Below the pieces are notes generated by a model. The model had not been told where the DNA came from. It ran no database searches and saw nothing but the letters and a program-made list of their open reading frames with translations. From an uncultured bacterium (GTDB lineage: Bacteria; Cloacimonadota; Cloacimonadia; Cloacimonadales; TCS61): a stretch of 64,000 bases of DNA. The DNA is taken from contig CBDUTJ010000003.1 of NCBI GenBank assembly GCA_965370415.1, forward strand, positions 22,165 through 86,164, read 5' to 3'. Positions within the stretch are counted from its first letter, which is position 1; each line of letters opens with the position of its first letter. Of this stretch, positions 47,607 to 56,787 are shown in pieces. A program made the position numbers and the translations under genes.

Positions 47607-48530
47607 ATGAAAAAATCCTTAATTATTTTATTAGGATTATGTTTAGCAACATCTATGTTCGCTCATGAAGTATTCATGAGCGCACCGATTATCGTTCCAG
47701 ATGGTCAGGCTGATGAAGATGGCGGTTGGAGTGCAGATTATGTTGGATTAAGCTGGATGGTAGCAAATGATTATTGTGCAGATTTTAATATTACTCCAGC
47801 AGTTTTGGGTCAAACCCCTGCAATTGGTATCAACAGAGGCTGGAAACAACTTAAAGTCTGTGATTTCTTTGATATTAGGATGGGTAAAGATCAATATGCG
47901 TTTGGAAGACTTACATCCGGTAAACCATCAAAGAATCTTCAATATGCTGGTTTAACTGTTGCCGGTGCTGAAATGATGGTGAAACTTGTGGGTGATGTTT
48001 CCGGTTTAGGCTGGGCACTTTACTATGCAAATGCAGATTATACTCCTTATAGTGCTTGGGAAGCTGCTGATATGGGTGGACGTTTCACATACAGTGTTGC
48101 CGGTGCAAACCTCGGTGTTGCTTTTAGGATGGATAATACATCTGAAGCAGATACTCTTGGCGTCTGGAGTGATCCAGAAGGTGTAATGCATTGGGAATTT
48201 GACTTTGATTACACAATAGCAGAAAAAGCTAATCTTGCTTTTCAGCTTACAAATAACGATGATGAGGACGATGATACTGGCGATATGAATCTGTATGCTC
48301 TTCTTCATTATGTACCGGGATTTGACATACCATTATGCGGTAAAGCTATCCCTTATTTCGGCTACATTACAAAAGATGATGTTGACGATGAAGGTATGGG
48401 TGAAAACAACATGATCATCGGTTTGAATATTAAACCAAAAGATAATGCTTTCGTGAAAATCGAATACAACATGGATTCTGTAGAAGATGTAGATGCTACT
48501 CTTGATCTTCAGGTTGGTTTCACATTCTAA
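47607..48530 (+). CDS. putative outer-membrane beta-barrel (porin-like)
   Basis: Signal peptide, alternating aromatic strands, IRMGKDQYAFG, C-terminal LQVGFTF. Confidence 0.7.
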   Translation: MKKSLIILLGLCLATSMFAHEVFMSAPIIVPDGQADEDGGWSADYVGLSWMVANDYCADFNITPAVLGQTPAIGINRGWKQLKVCDFFDIRMGKDQYAFGRLTSGKPSKNLQYAGLTVAGAEMMVKLVGDVSGLGWALYYANADYTPYSAWEAADMGGRFTYSVAGANLGVAFRMDNTSEADTLGVWSDPEGVMHWEFDFDYTIAEKANLAFQLTNNDDEDDDTGDMNLYALLHYVPGFDIPLCGKAIPYFGYITKDDVDDEGMGENNMIIGLNIKPKDNAFVKIEYNMDSVEDVDATLDLQVGFTF

Positions 48531-48545
48531 TTTCAAAATAGATCG

Positions 48546-48575
48546 AAAAGCCCTGCTGGAAGTGGGGCTTTTTTT
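48546..48575 (+). terminator. intrinsic terminator
   Basis: aaaagccctgct-gga-agtggggcttttttt. Confidence 0.8.
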
Positions 48576-48793
48576 ATTATCTAACTAATTGATTCAGGTA
48601 AAAATAAAAATTCATTATATTGTAAGCAGCAAAATAACTTGACACGCATTATCTAAATAAGACTGATGTTTGAAGGTTGTTTAGTGTATAAAAATAGTTT
48701 TGTATAGTATCGAAGAAAAAAAATGTATGTTAATATCGTAAATAAGAATTTGTATGTTAACCATTTTTAGGAAAATTAATTTAGGGGAGTAAA

Positions 48794-49627
48794 ATGAAAA
48801 AAGTTTTAGTTATTTTGTTAGGATTATTGTTAGCTACAAGTATGTTTGCTGACTTTACATGGGGACAGTTGAACTTTTATGAAGGTATAGGTGTTTCTAA
48901 TCCTTATGGTGGTGAAACTTACAACCTTACTTATTTTGAAATTGAAGGTGGTGGAAGAACCGGTTGTTTAAATTTTTATTACTTTTTTGATATCAATAAT
49001 GTCTTCGGTATTAGAGATGAACTGAAAGAAGCTGTAGCACCGGGAGATTACTTCTTGAAGGTTAATCCTAGATTCAGTTTAAACACTATTTCTGGTAAGG
49101 ATTTGGCAATTGGACCTGTGAAAGAGTGGTATTTGGCTACTCTATATCTGGGTTGGGCTAGTGCACCATTTTCTGGTGACACTTATTATGCTGGTATTGG
49201 AACTGATCTGGATATTCCATTATTCAATATGTTCTCTTTCAACTTTTATAAAAGATTTGAAAATACCAATATGCAAAATACAGCTGGTGATTGGGAAGTA
49301 AAATTTGAAGATGCCGGTTGGGTAGCAGCTATTAACTGGTTCACAGTGGTTAAGAAATTCAACGATAAGTTCAATCTTTCATATCAAGGTTGGTCAGATT
49401 TTGGGTTTGGAAATACCTATGCAGAAGATAATAATATGGATTGGTCTACTGGCACACCAGTACCTTGTGGTACTGCTACTGAATTCCAAATGTTCAATGG
49501 TTTTTTCTGGAATTACGACAAATGGTCACTTTCTACCAGTGTAAAATTCCATAATAATTTCTTGTATACAGATTTAGAAACACATGACGCAATTTCTCCC
49601 TGGATAGGTCTGCATCGCAGATTTTAA
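48794..49627 (+). CDS. Tsx/OmpK-family outer-membrane channel
   Basis: YFEIEGGGRTG, FLKVNPRFSL...GKDLAIGPVKEWYLAT, GIGTD, SYQGWSDF; terminal F. Confidence 0.82.
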   Translation: MKKVLVILLGLLLATSMFADFTWGQLNFYEGIGVSNPYGGETYNLTYFEIEGGGRTGCLNFYYFFDINNVFGIRDELKEAVAPGDYFLKVNPRFSLNTISGKDLAIGPVKEWYLATLYLGWASAPFSGDTYYAGIGTDLDIPLFNMFSFNFYKRFENTNMQNTAGDWEVKFEDAGWVAAINWFTVVKKFNDKFNLSYQGWSDFGFGNTYAEDNNMDWSTGTPVPCGTATEFQMFNGFFWNYDKWSLSTSVKFHNNFLYTDLETHDAISPWIGLHRRF

Positions 49628-49645
49628 GTTATTGTTTTTTTTTAT

Positions 49646-49673
49646 AACCCCGCAGGAATGCGGGGTTTTTTTT
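49646..49673 (+). terminator. intrinsic terminator
   Basis: aaccccgca-ggaa-tgcggggtt plus T tail. Confidence 0.88.
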
Positions 49674-49696
49674 CGCATAATTTTGATGTGAATTCC

Positions 49697-49837
49697 CTTC
49701 CGAAGCCTTTCTTTCAAATTTTCTGTTGTTTGAGGATTCGGAAGGTTTTATGAGAAAATAGTTTTGATAGTAATTATTAAGATTTAACTTTCCGAATCTT
49801 AGATTAGAAAAAATATTTGTGGGAAGCTTCGGAAAGT
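49697..49837. repeat. two inverted pairs of a 'ttccgaa...ttcggaa' repeat
   Basis: ccttccgaa ... ttcggaagg (~49696-49745) and actttccgaa ... ttcggaaagt (~49787-49837). Confidence 0.6.
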
Positions 49838-49904
49838 GAACTCTTGAGCTTTAATCAATTGACAATGAAATCCACCTTATTATTCAGTCTTTCAAGGTAG
49901 AAAT

Positions 49905-50933
49905 ATGTTAAAGGAAAATATTAGATTATTACATAAAAGTTTCCGAATTGGAAGAATGTTCAATGCTGTAAAAGTATTTTCTTCTTATATCATTTCTCTT
50001 ATATTTAAAAAGGCAATATACTGGGGTGCACCTCCGGTAGTAATGATCGAACCCACTAATATCTGTAATTTGAAATGCCCGTTATGTCCTTCCGGGAATG
50101 GAACCCTGAAAAGAGCAAAGGGATACATGGACTTTGAAATATTCAAGAAGCTGATCGATGAAATAAAACATACAGCTTTTATGGTAGTACTCTGGAACCA
50201 GGGTGAGCCCTACCTGAACAAAGACTTTTCCAGGATGATAAAATACGCTTCAGATAACGATTTGTTCACTTTGGTATCTACTAACGGAAATGTCGAATTA
50301 AATGCAGAAGAAGTTATTAAATCCGGATTGGATTCCATGATAATCTCTCTGGATGGAACTACCCAGGAAATATATAATAAATACAGGGTGAACGGTAAAC
50401 TCGATACTGTGATAGAAAACGTGAAAAAAATTGTGATTGCTAAAAAAAAAATGAAATCAAAAACACCATTCATCCGCTGGCAGTTCCTGGTGATGAAACA
50501 TAACGAACATGAGATAGATGAGATTCGCAGGCTGGCAAAAGAACTGAATGTAGATAACCTGGAACTGAAAACAGTGCAGATCTATTCCAAAGATGATATT
50601 CTTAACTTCCTTCCTGAAAATCCTAAATATAGAAGATACAAAATTGAAGGGGATGATTTCGAATTAAAATTCGGAATAAAAAATCGCTGCCGCCGCATCT
50701 GGACGAATGCTGTGGTTAACTGGGATGGCGAAGTTGCGATCTGTTGTTTTGATAAAGATGTGGAATATAAAATCGGAAATATCAAAAAGACTCCTCTCTC
50801 AAAACTCTGGAAAAACGAGAAAATCCAAGAAATAAGAAATCAAATTCTAAAAGACAGAAAAGAAATTCCTATTTGTACTAATTGTGGGGAAGGCGTGAAA
50901 CTAAGGATCGAAAGAAAAGGGATTAAGTACTGA
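49905..50933 (+). CDS. radical SAM protein with SPASM/twitch domain
   Basis: EPTNICNLKCPLCP, QGEP, STNG, SLDG, CRRIW...CCFD...CTNC. Confidence 0.92.
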   Translation: MLKENIRLLHKSFRIGRMFNAVKVFSSYIISLIFKKAIYWGAPPVVMIEPTNICNLKCPLCPSGNGTLKRAKGYMDFEIFKKLIDEIKHTAFMVVLWNQGEPYLNKDFSRMIKYASDNDLFTLVSTNGNVELNAEEVIKSGLDSMIISLDGTTQEIYNKYRVNGKLDTVIENVKKIVIAKKKMKSKTPFIRWQFLVMKHNEHEIDEIRRLAKELNVDNLELKTVQIYSKDDILNFLPENPKYRRYKIEGDDFELKFGIKNRCRRIWTNAVVNWDGEVAICCFDKDVEYKIGNIKKTPLSKLWKNEKIQEIRNQILKDRKEIPICTNCGEGVKLRIERKGIKY

Positions 50934-51801
50934 TAGATTTTCTTCGTAAAATGCAGTAAACACCGACCAGAGCCGGTAATACTGAGTTAAAAATAAATAC
51001 AGTTAAGGAAGCTGTAATAGCTATCTCAGGAGATATTCCGTATTTAGAGAGCACTTCCATTGCAAATTTTTCCCTTAATCCTAATCCGGCATAAGTTATC
51101 GGGATCACGTTCGCAAACAAAATTAGCGGAATCGATATGATCGCTGAGAATGGGTGAAATTCAGAAAAAATGTTCAGGATGAGATAATACTGTAGAATCG
51201 TTAAAGCCATATAAATTCCCTGCATATAACATATACGGGGGACAATTTTTAAATATTGCTTAAAATACACCTCAAATTTGCTGTTATGCTGTATATGTTT
51301 TATTAGATAAACCAGAAAAGGGAAAGCAAGAATAAAAACAAAAATTAGTATGGTGGGAAGAATTGATTTATGTCTGAAATAAAAGATCGAAGCAAAACTG
51401 GCAAACACAAAATTGATCCAGATCTGAAAAAATTTTTCTACTCCCAACGACATAAAAGTCATCATTTTCTTGTTATTTACAAAATACATTTTACCGATCA
51501 CACCATGACCACCCGGTAGCAGAAAACGCAACGAATGACCTATCATAAGTGATTTGAAAATTTCCGATCTTTTGGGTGTAAATTGTGGATCGATCTTGAG
51601 GTAATGTCCCCAGTTAATATATTCTATCAGTATCTTAATACTGGCTGTTAATATTATTACTGCAATGATCCAGAGCTTGATATGTTTAAAGGTGGAAAGT
51701 AACATTTGAAAGTCTATCTTGCGGAATATGAAAAATAAAATAATTAATGTTATTATGAGTTTAACAATGTATATAAATTTATTTTTTAATATTTTATTCA
51801 T
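50923..51801 (-). CDS. lysylphosphatidylglycerol-synthase TM / flippase-like membrane protein
   Basis: Multi-TM; LLPGG, PITYAGLGLRE, LPALVG. Confidence 0.8.
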   Translation of the reverse strand: MNKILKNKFIYIVKLIITLIILFFIFRKIDFQMLLSTFKHIKLWIIAVIILTASIKILIEYINWGHYLKIDPQFTPKRSEIFKSLMIGHSLRFLLPGGHGVIGKMYFVNNKKMMTFMSLGVEKFFQIWINFVFASFASIFYFRHKSILPTILIFVFILAFPFLVYLIKHIQHNSKFEVYFKQYLKIVPRICYMQGIYMALTILQYYLILNIFSEFHPFSAIISIPLILFANVIPITYAGLGLREKFAMEVLSKYGISPEIAITASLTVFIFNSVLPALVGVYCILRRKSIST

Positions 51802-51901
51802 ATTTCTTTCTTTAAAATTCTTGACCTTACAGGTCATTTTCTTTCTTAATCAATCACGAATTTAAGAAGTTGCTGTAAACAGTCAACTAATTAGATTATA
51901 T

Positions 51902-52525
51902 ATGGAGAAAGGAAAGAAAATGAAGGGTACAATTATACGACATGGCAATAGAAAAAGCTGGTCTGTTGCCCTGACTTTTGATGATGGTCCGCAAGATCCT
52001 TACACCGATCAGATCCTTGATATACTTGCCAGATATTCCATAAAGGCAACCTTCTTTTTAACAGGAGAGAAAGCTGAGCAAAATCCAGACATCGTGCGCA
52101 GGATCGTCTCCGATGGTCACGAAATTGGAAATCATTCCTATTCTCATAAAACCATGCGCTGTAGATCTGTTAAATGGCTCAGGAACGAGATCGAAAAAAC
52201 CGATGAACTGTTTATGCAGGCAGGAGCCAGCCAACCTATTCATTTCAGACCGCCTTTTGGCAGGACTTCATTTCAGTTAACATCCTTACTCAAAAAAATG
52301 AAGAAAAAAATGATCTTATGGGATATCGGACCGAAAGATTATAAATATGCTCATCCTTATGAAATTGTAGGAAAGGTTTTAAAAAAGCTGAAACCCGGCT
52401 CGATCATAGTATTGCATGATGGTGGTGGAGATCGCAATGTAACTGTGGAAGCTGTGAATATTTTAGTTAAAGATATCCGGGAGATGGGGTATAAGTTCGT
52501 CACCGTTTCCGAACTTACAGATTAG
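51902..52525 (+). CDS. polysaccharide deacetylase (NodB homology)
   Basis: ALTFDDGP, ATFF, HEIGNHSYSH, FRPPFG, IIVLHDGG. Confidence 0.95.
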   Translation: MEKGKKMKGTIIRHGNRKSWSVALTFDDGPQDPYTDQILDILARYSIKATFFLTGEKAEQNPDIVRRIVSDGHEIGNHSYSHKTMRCRSVKWLRNEIEKTDELFMQAGASQPIHFRPPFGRTSFQLTSLLKKMKKKMILWDIGPKDYKYAHPYEIVGKVLKKLKPGSIIVLHDGGGDRNVTVEAVNILVKDIREMGYKFVTVSELTD

Positions 52526-53559
52526 TTCTTCCAATTCCAGGTGCTGAAAGTTCCTAACAGCGAATATATAATCAAGTAATAAGGATAGATCAGAATAAAG
52601 ATCAGATCGATCATTCTGAATCTAAATTTATGCTTTGCAAGGTTCATCATCCAGAAGAAAAGAGCTCCGAACAGGTAAACCAATACGCTTTCCCAATCTT
52701 TGAAAACAAAGAATCTTACAGGGATATATAGATATATCAATAAGATCAAAAGCGATATTATCTTAAAGCCGAATGAAGACATACCGAATTTTCCGTAACG
52801 CCTTTTCTGTTGGTGATGGGAGTATTTCTTATCTGATATTGCTTTTGTTTGCACAACAAATTCCGGGTTATAGGATATCTGCCAATTGGTTTTCCTTATC
52901 AGGTTAAGAAGCAGTTTATCATCTCCGGCTATGTAATGTTTAATTCTATCGTAACCGCTTACTTCCAGGAATGCTTGCTTACGTACAGCCATATTGCCGC
53001 CAGAGGCGCTGAAAGGGCAATTCAATCCAATTGTTCCCGCATAAATAGCAAAAGATATCCGGTTGCAAAAAATTCGGAAACTCGATGCATTTTTCTCTTT
53101 GTAATTTCCCACTACCATACCGGTTCTATCAGAGATGAATTTGTTATAGCTTTTCAGCCAATCCGGTTGTGGGAAGCAATCAGCATCTGTGAAGAGCAGA
53201 AAATCATAAATGGCATTATCAGCAGCTTTCTTGAGAGCGGCTTTCTTACCAAAATATTCAGAGTCTTTTTTTTCTATCCGGAAACATTTCGCATTTTCTG
53301 AATCAGCACAGAATTTGCTGATCAGCCTGAAAGAATCATCATCAGATGCATCATCTACAATAATTATTTCGAATTTATCATTCGGGTAGTCGATCTTTCT
53401 GAGAGATTGAAATAATTCCGGTAAATTGCTTTCTTCATCACGGCAGGCTATCAGGATGGAATATGTATTTTGCTTGGGAGATTTCACCTTCCAGTTTCGC
53501 AGGATACCCAATCCAAGAATTACCAGGAAAAGGGAGAAAACCAGGATAATAATATCCAT
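52522..53559 (-). CDS. glycosyltransferase family 2, membrane-bound
   Basis: SILIACRDE, VDDASDD, GKKAAL, FTDADC, GDD, QQKRRY; terminal TM segments. Confidence 0.92.
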   Translation of the reverse strand: MDIIILVFSLFLVILGLGILRNWKVKSPKQNTYSILIACRDEESNLPELFQSLRKIDYPNDKFEIIIVDDASDDDSFRLISKFCADSENAKCFRIEKKDSEYFGKKAALKKAADNAIYDFLLFTDADCFPQPDWLKSYNKFISDRTGMVVGNYKEKNASSFRIFCNRISFAIYAGTIGLNCPFSASGGNMAVRKQAFLEVSGYDRIKHYIAGDDKLLLNLIRKTNWQISYNPEFVVQTKAISDKKYSHHQQKRRYGKFGMSSFGFKIISLLILLIYLYIPVRFFVFKDWESVLVYLFGALFFWMMNLAKHKFRFRMIDLIFILIYPYYLIIYSLLGTFSTWNWKN

Positions 53560-55127
53560 TAATAAATTGCTTGGTAGCTGATGAATATCTCGTTTTCCAA
53601 TTCTTCTTCATCGATTCGCGTAGTAAAAAGTCCAATTTTCAGACGATGATGAGCTAGAGGCTGCCAGGTGATTACAGGGCAGATGGAAAGTCTGTTAGTA
53701 ATATCTCCTTCCAGCCAATCAGCTTTGTCAGATGGTCTGTCATTATAATTTATACTAAAATTATTGCCTACACTTCCCTGCCTGGTGAAAGATGAATGCA
53801 GATTTATATTTAAGTTTTGCCTAAGATCAAAATTAAATTCTGCAGCAAACTGGATCAGGTTGCTTCCTTCCGGAAAACCCAATCCTATTCCGTCATGAGA
53901 AAACTTGTTATGCAAGATGTAATGCGTGTACAACCAGGGGCGGATCGCTGTAAATTCCAAACTTAACATCAAATTCCTCTGCTGGTTAAAAGTATAAGAA
54001 TTTCCCATTTGCAATGCATATTTATTTCCCCACCAATCTTCAAAAATCTCATTTTTGCGTAGTTCATCCAGAATAAAATTGCAATAAATAAGATTTTTAT
54101 CGATCGGTTTCCAATTCATCCCTGCGAAGATCAGAACGTTGTCGCGGTCTGCAAGATTATGTTCTGTAGCACGCCAGAACGTTATAGGTAACAGGTAACT
54201 CACTTCGATATTCCGATCACCGTAAATAACTTCTTCGCCCAGGAAAAGCTCAAAATTATTATTCGGTGTCCATCCAATTTTATGAACAACCAAGAATTTA
54301 TCTGCATATTTTTTATTATCTTCATTGCTGGTGCTGTCTGGAATTAGAGTAGCATGCAGAAATGATATATATAGTTCTTTAAAAGTGAACTTATTACTAA
54401 AGTAACCATAATCATTGCAATCATCGTTCAAGATGATACTGCCGCCAATGTTGCTTCCTATCTCGTATTTTCCTCTACCAACAGATGCTGACCAGAAGTT
54501 ACCTTTCCCTATATAAGTAATTTTACCGGTAATGTTATCAAGATGGATCTGGTCGCTGTCGCTGGAATTTTGCGTCCAACTGTCAATGAGAGGTGAATAC
54601 CGTGCATAATCTGTATCACCGCCAAAATGACCTGCCCACCAGTATCCATAAAAGAACAGTCTGCGGTTTATATAACCGGAAAGTTTTGTGCCATAATATG
54701 CATAATAATAATTGCTATCATCTTTAATTGCGAATTCACTTCCGGTAAGTAAGCTGAATCTGAGAAGTGATCTTAATGGTACGTTGTTAGGATGAAAAAG
54801 AATTATGGAAGATCTTGGATCTAATTGTTTGGGTTGCTTATCCGGTGTATGATACAAAAGGAAATATGAACTATCATCCTGCGAAAAGAAATTGCTTACT
54901 GAATGTTTGAAATCCTGCCAGGAGAAAAGCGCGAAGTTAAAGGAAGAAGAATCATGTACTACCCAGATATTTTTCATCGGAAATAAATTGGATTCATCCG
55001 GGTTCTTTGCTAAGAATGATATTGAATTGTTTGAAGTTAATTGCGGAGAGTTCCAGCTAATATCTCCATATTGGGCAAAAATCGAAATTACATAAAGCAA
55101 CAAAAAAATAACTATCATTCTTTTCAT
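53559..55127 (-). CDS. outer-membrane beta-barrel, Wzi (capsule assembly)-like
   Basis: Signal peptide; GEEVIYG, YLLP, DRDNVL, FILDE, RPWLYTH; terminal Y. Confidence 0.65.
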   Translation of the reverse strand: MKRMIVIFLLLYVISIFAQYGDISWNSPQLTSNNSISFLAKNPDESNLFPMKNIWVVHDSSSFNFALFSWQDFKHSVSNFFSQDDSSYFLLYHTPDKQPKQLDPRSSIILFHPNNVPLRSLLRFSLLTGSEFAIKDDSNYYYAYYGTKLSGYINRRLFFYGYWWAGHFGGDTDYARYSPLIDSWTQNSSDSDQIHLDNITGKITYIGKGNFWSASVGRGKYEIGSNIGGSIILNDDCNDYGYFSNKFTFKELYISFLHATLIPDSTSNEDNKKYADKFLVVHKIGWTPNNNFELFLGEEVIYGDRNIEVSYLLPITFWRATEHNLADRDNVLIFAGMNWKPIDKNLIYCNFILDELRKNEIFEDWWGNKYALQMGNSYTFNQQRNLMLSLEFTAIRPWLYTHYILHNKFSHDGIGLGFPEGSNLIQFAAEFNFDLRQNLNINLHSSFTRQGSVGNNFSINYNDRPSDKADWLEGDITNRLSICPVITWQPLAHHRLKIGLFTTRIDEEELENEIFISYQAIY

Positions 55128-55418
55128 ATACAATCCTTTTGAAATTACTACCAAAATAAACTTAATATACTCATATTATGTCAAGGTAAAAGGGTATCAG
55201 ATATCATTTTTATAAAGTGGATATTCCTTGCTTTCATATCTTTATAATATATCTTTTGCAAAAAAAATATTACAATTCAATTTGTTATAAAATATAATAC
55301 TTACATAGGGATATTTTATTAAATAAATAAAATATTGAAAACAATATAAACATATTGACTTTAAATTTAGGAAAAAATAAAAAGTTCTCGATAATCAAAA
55401 AAAATAAAGGAGCAGGAA

Positions 55419-56702
55419 ATGAGTAAAACATTTAACGCTTTTGAGATGGCTCAGAAGCAGTTTGATGATGTTGCCGAAATCTTAAATCTGGATGAAGCAA
55501 CAAAAGATCTATTGAGAAATCCATTAAGGGAATATCATTTCAGTATTCCGGTAAAAATGGATGACGGAACATCGAAGGTTTTCAGGGGATTCAGATGCCA
55601 GCATAATGATGCCAGGGGACCCGGTAAAGGTGGAATCAGATTCCATCCCCAGGAAACAATAGATACTGTTCGTGCTTTATCGATGTGGATGACCTGGAAA
55701 TGTGCAGTTGTAGATATCCCTTTGGGAGGAAGTAAAGGTGGAGTTATCTGTGATCCTCACAATTTGAGTGAAAGAGAACAGGAACAGATATGTAGAGGCT
55801 GGATAAGAAAAATTGCACGTGATGTTGGGCCATTACAGGATGTTCCCGCACCCGATGTTATGACAAGCGCCCAGCACATGCTTTGGATGCTCGATGAATA
55901 TGAAGCTATTCACGGAGCAAAATATCCTGGCATGATCACTGGTAAACCTGTTGGAATGGGCGGTTCGTTGGGAAGAACAGAAGCAACCGGTTATGGTGTG
56001 ATCTTCACAGTGAGAGAAGCTTTAAAGGAAATGAATATCAAACCAGCAGATACAACTGCTGCCTTTCAGGGTTTTGGAAATGTTGCTCAATATGCCATAA
56101 AACTTTACAATCAATTAGGTGGAAAAGTAGTTTGTGTTTCCTGTTGGGACCAAGCTGATAATACTTCTTACACATTTAAAAAAGCTGATGGGATCAATGT
56201 TGATGCTCTATTATCTATCACGGACAGATTTGGCGGTATCAACAAAGAAAAAGCCAAAGCTCTCGGCTATGAAGTATTACCAGGTGATAAATGGATCGAA
56301 CAAGAAGTTGATATTCTTGTTCCTGCTGCTCTGGAAAATCAGATCACCAAAGATAATGTTGATAAGATCAGCGCTAAAGTAAAAATAATTGCTGAAGGTG
56401 CGAACGGACCAACCACACCGGAAGCAGATGCAGTCATCAAGGAAAGAGGAATTCACATGATCCCGGATTTCCTGGCAAATGCCGGTGGTGTAACATGCAG
56501 TTATTTTGAACAGGTTCAATGTAATATGAATTACTACTGGGAGAAGGATGAAGTCTTTGGAAAGCTGGATGTTAAAATGACATCTGCATATCTCGATGTT
56601 TCTAAACTGGCCAAAGAAAAGAACCTTTATATGAGAGATGCTGCCTATGTGATTTCGATAAATAAAGTTGCACAGGCTTCCAGAGATAGAGGTTGGATAT
56701 AG
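55419..56702 (+). CDS. gdh: glutamate dehydrogenase (Glu/Leu/Phe/Val dehydrogenase family), probably NAD-type
   Basis: RGPGKGGIRFHP, MTWKCAV, GGSKGG, DVPAPD, TGKP..GGSLGRTEATG, QGFGNV, EGANGP, LANAGGVTCSYFE. Confidence 0.93.
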   Translation: MSKTFNAFEMAQKQFDDVAEILNLDEATKDLLRNPLREYHFSIPVKMDDGTSKVFRGFRCQHNDARGPGKGGIRFHPQETIDTVRALSMWMTWKCAVVDIPLGGSKGGVICDPHNLSEREQEQICRGWIRKIARDVGPLQDVPAPDVMTSAQHMLWMLDEYEAIHGAKYPGMITGKPVGMGGSLGRTEATGYGVIFTVREALKEMNIKPADTTAAFQGFGNVAQYAIKLYNQLGGKVVCVSCWDQADNTSYTFKKADGINVDALLSITDRFGGINKEKAKALGYEVLPGDKWIEQEVDILVPAALENQITKDNVDKISAKVKIIAEGANGPTTPEADAVIKERGIHMIPDFLANAGGVTCSYFEQVQCNMNYYWEKDEVFGKLDVKMTSAYLDVSKLAKEKNLYMRDAAYVISINKVAQASRDRGWI

Positions 56703-56715
56703 TTTAAATTACATG

Positions 56716-56746
56716 GCAGGGGACATTAAAGTTCCCTGCTTTTTTT
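56716..56746 (+). terminator. intrinsic terminator after the first gdh
   Basis: gcaggggac-attaaa-gttccctgc followed by T7. Confidence 0.82.
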
Positions 56747-56787
56747 ATTGGAAGCAAATGCATTGAGCTAATGGGAACTTTACTAAA

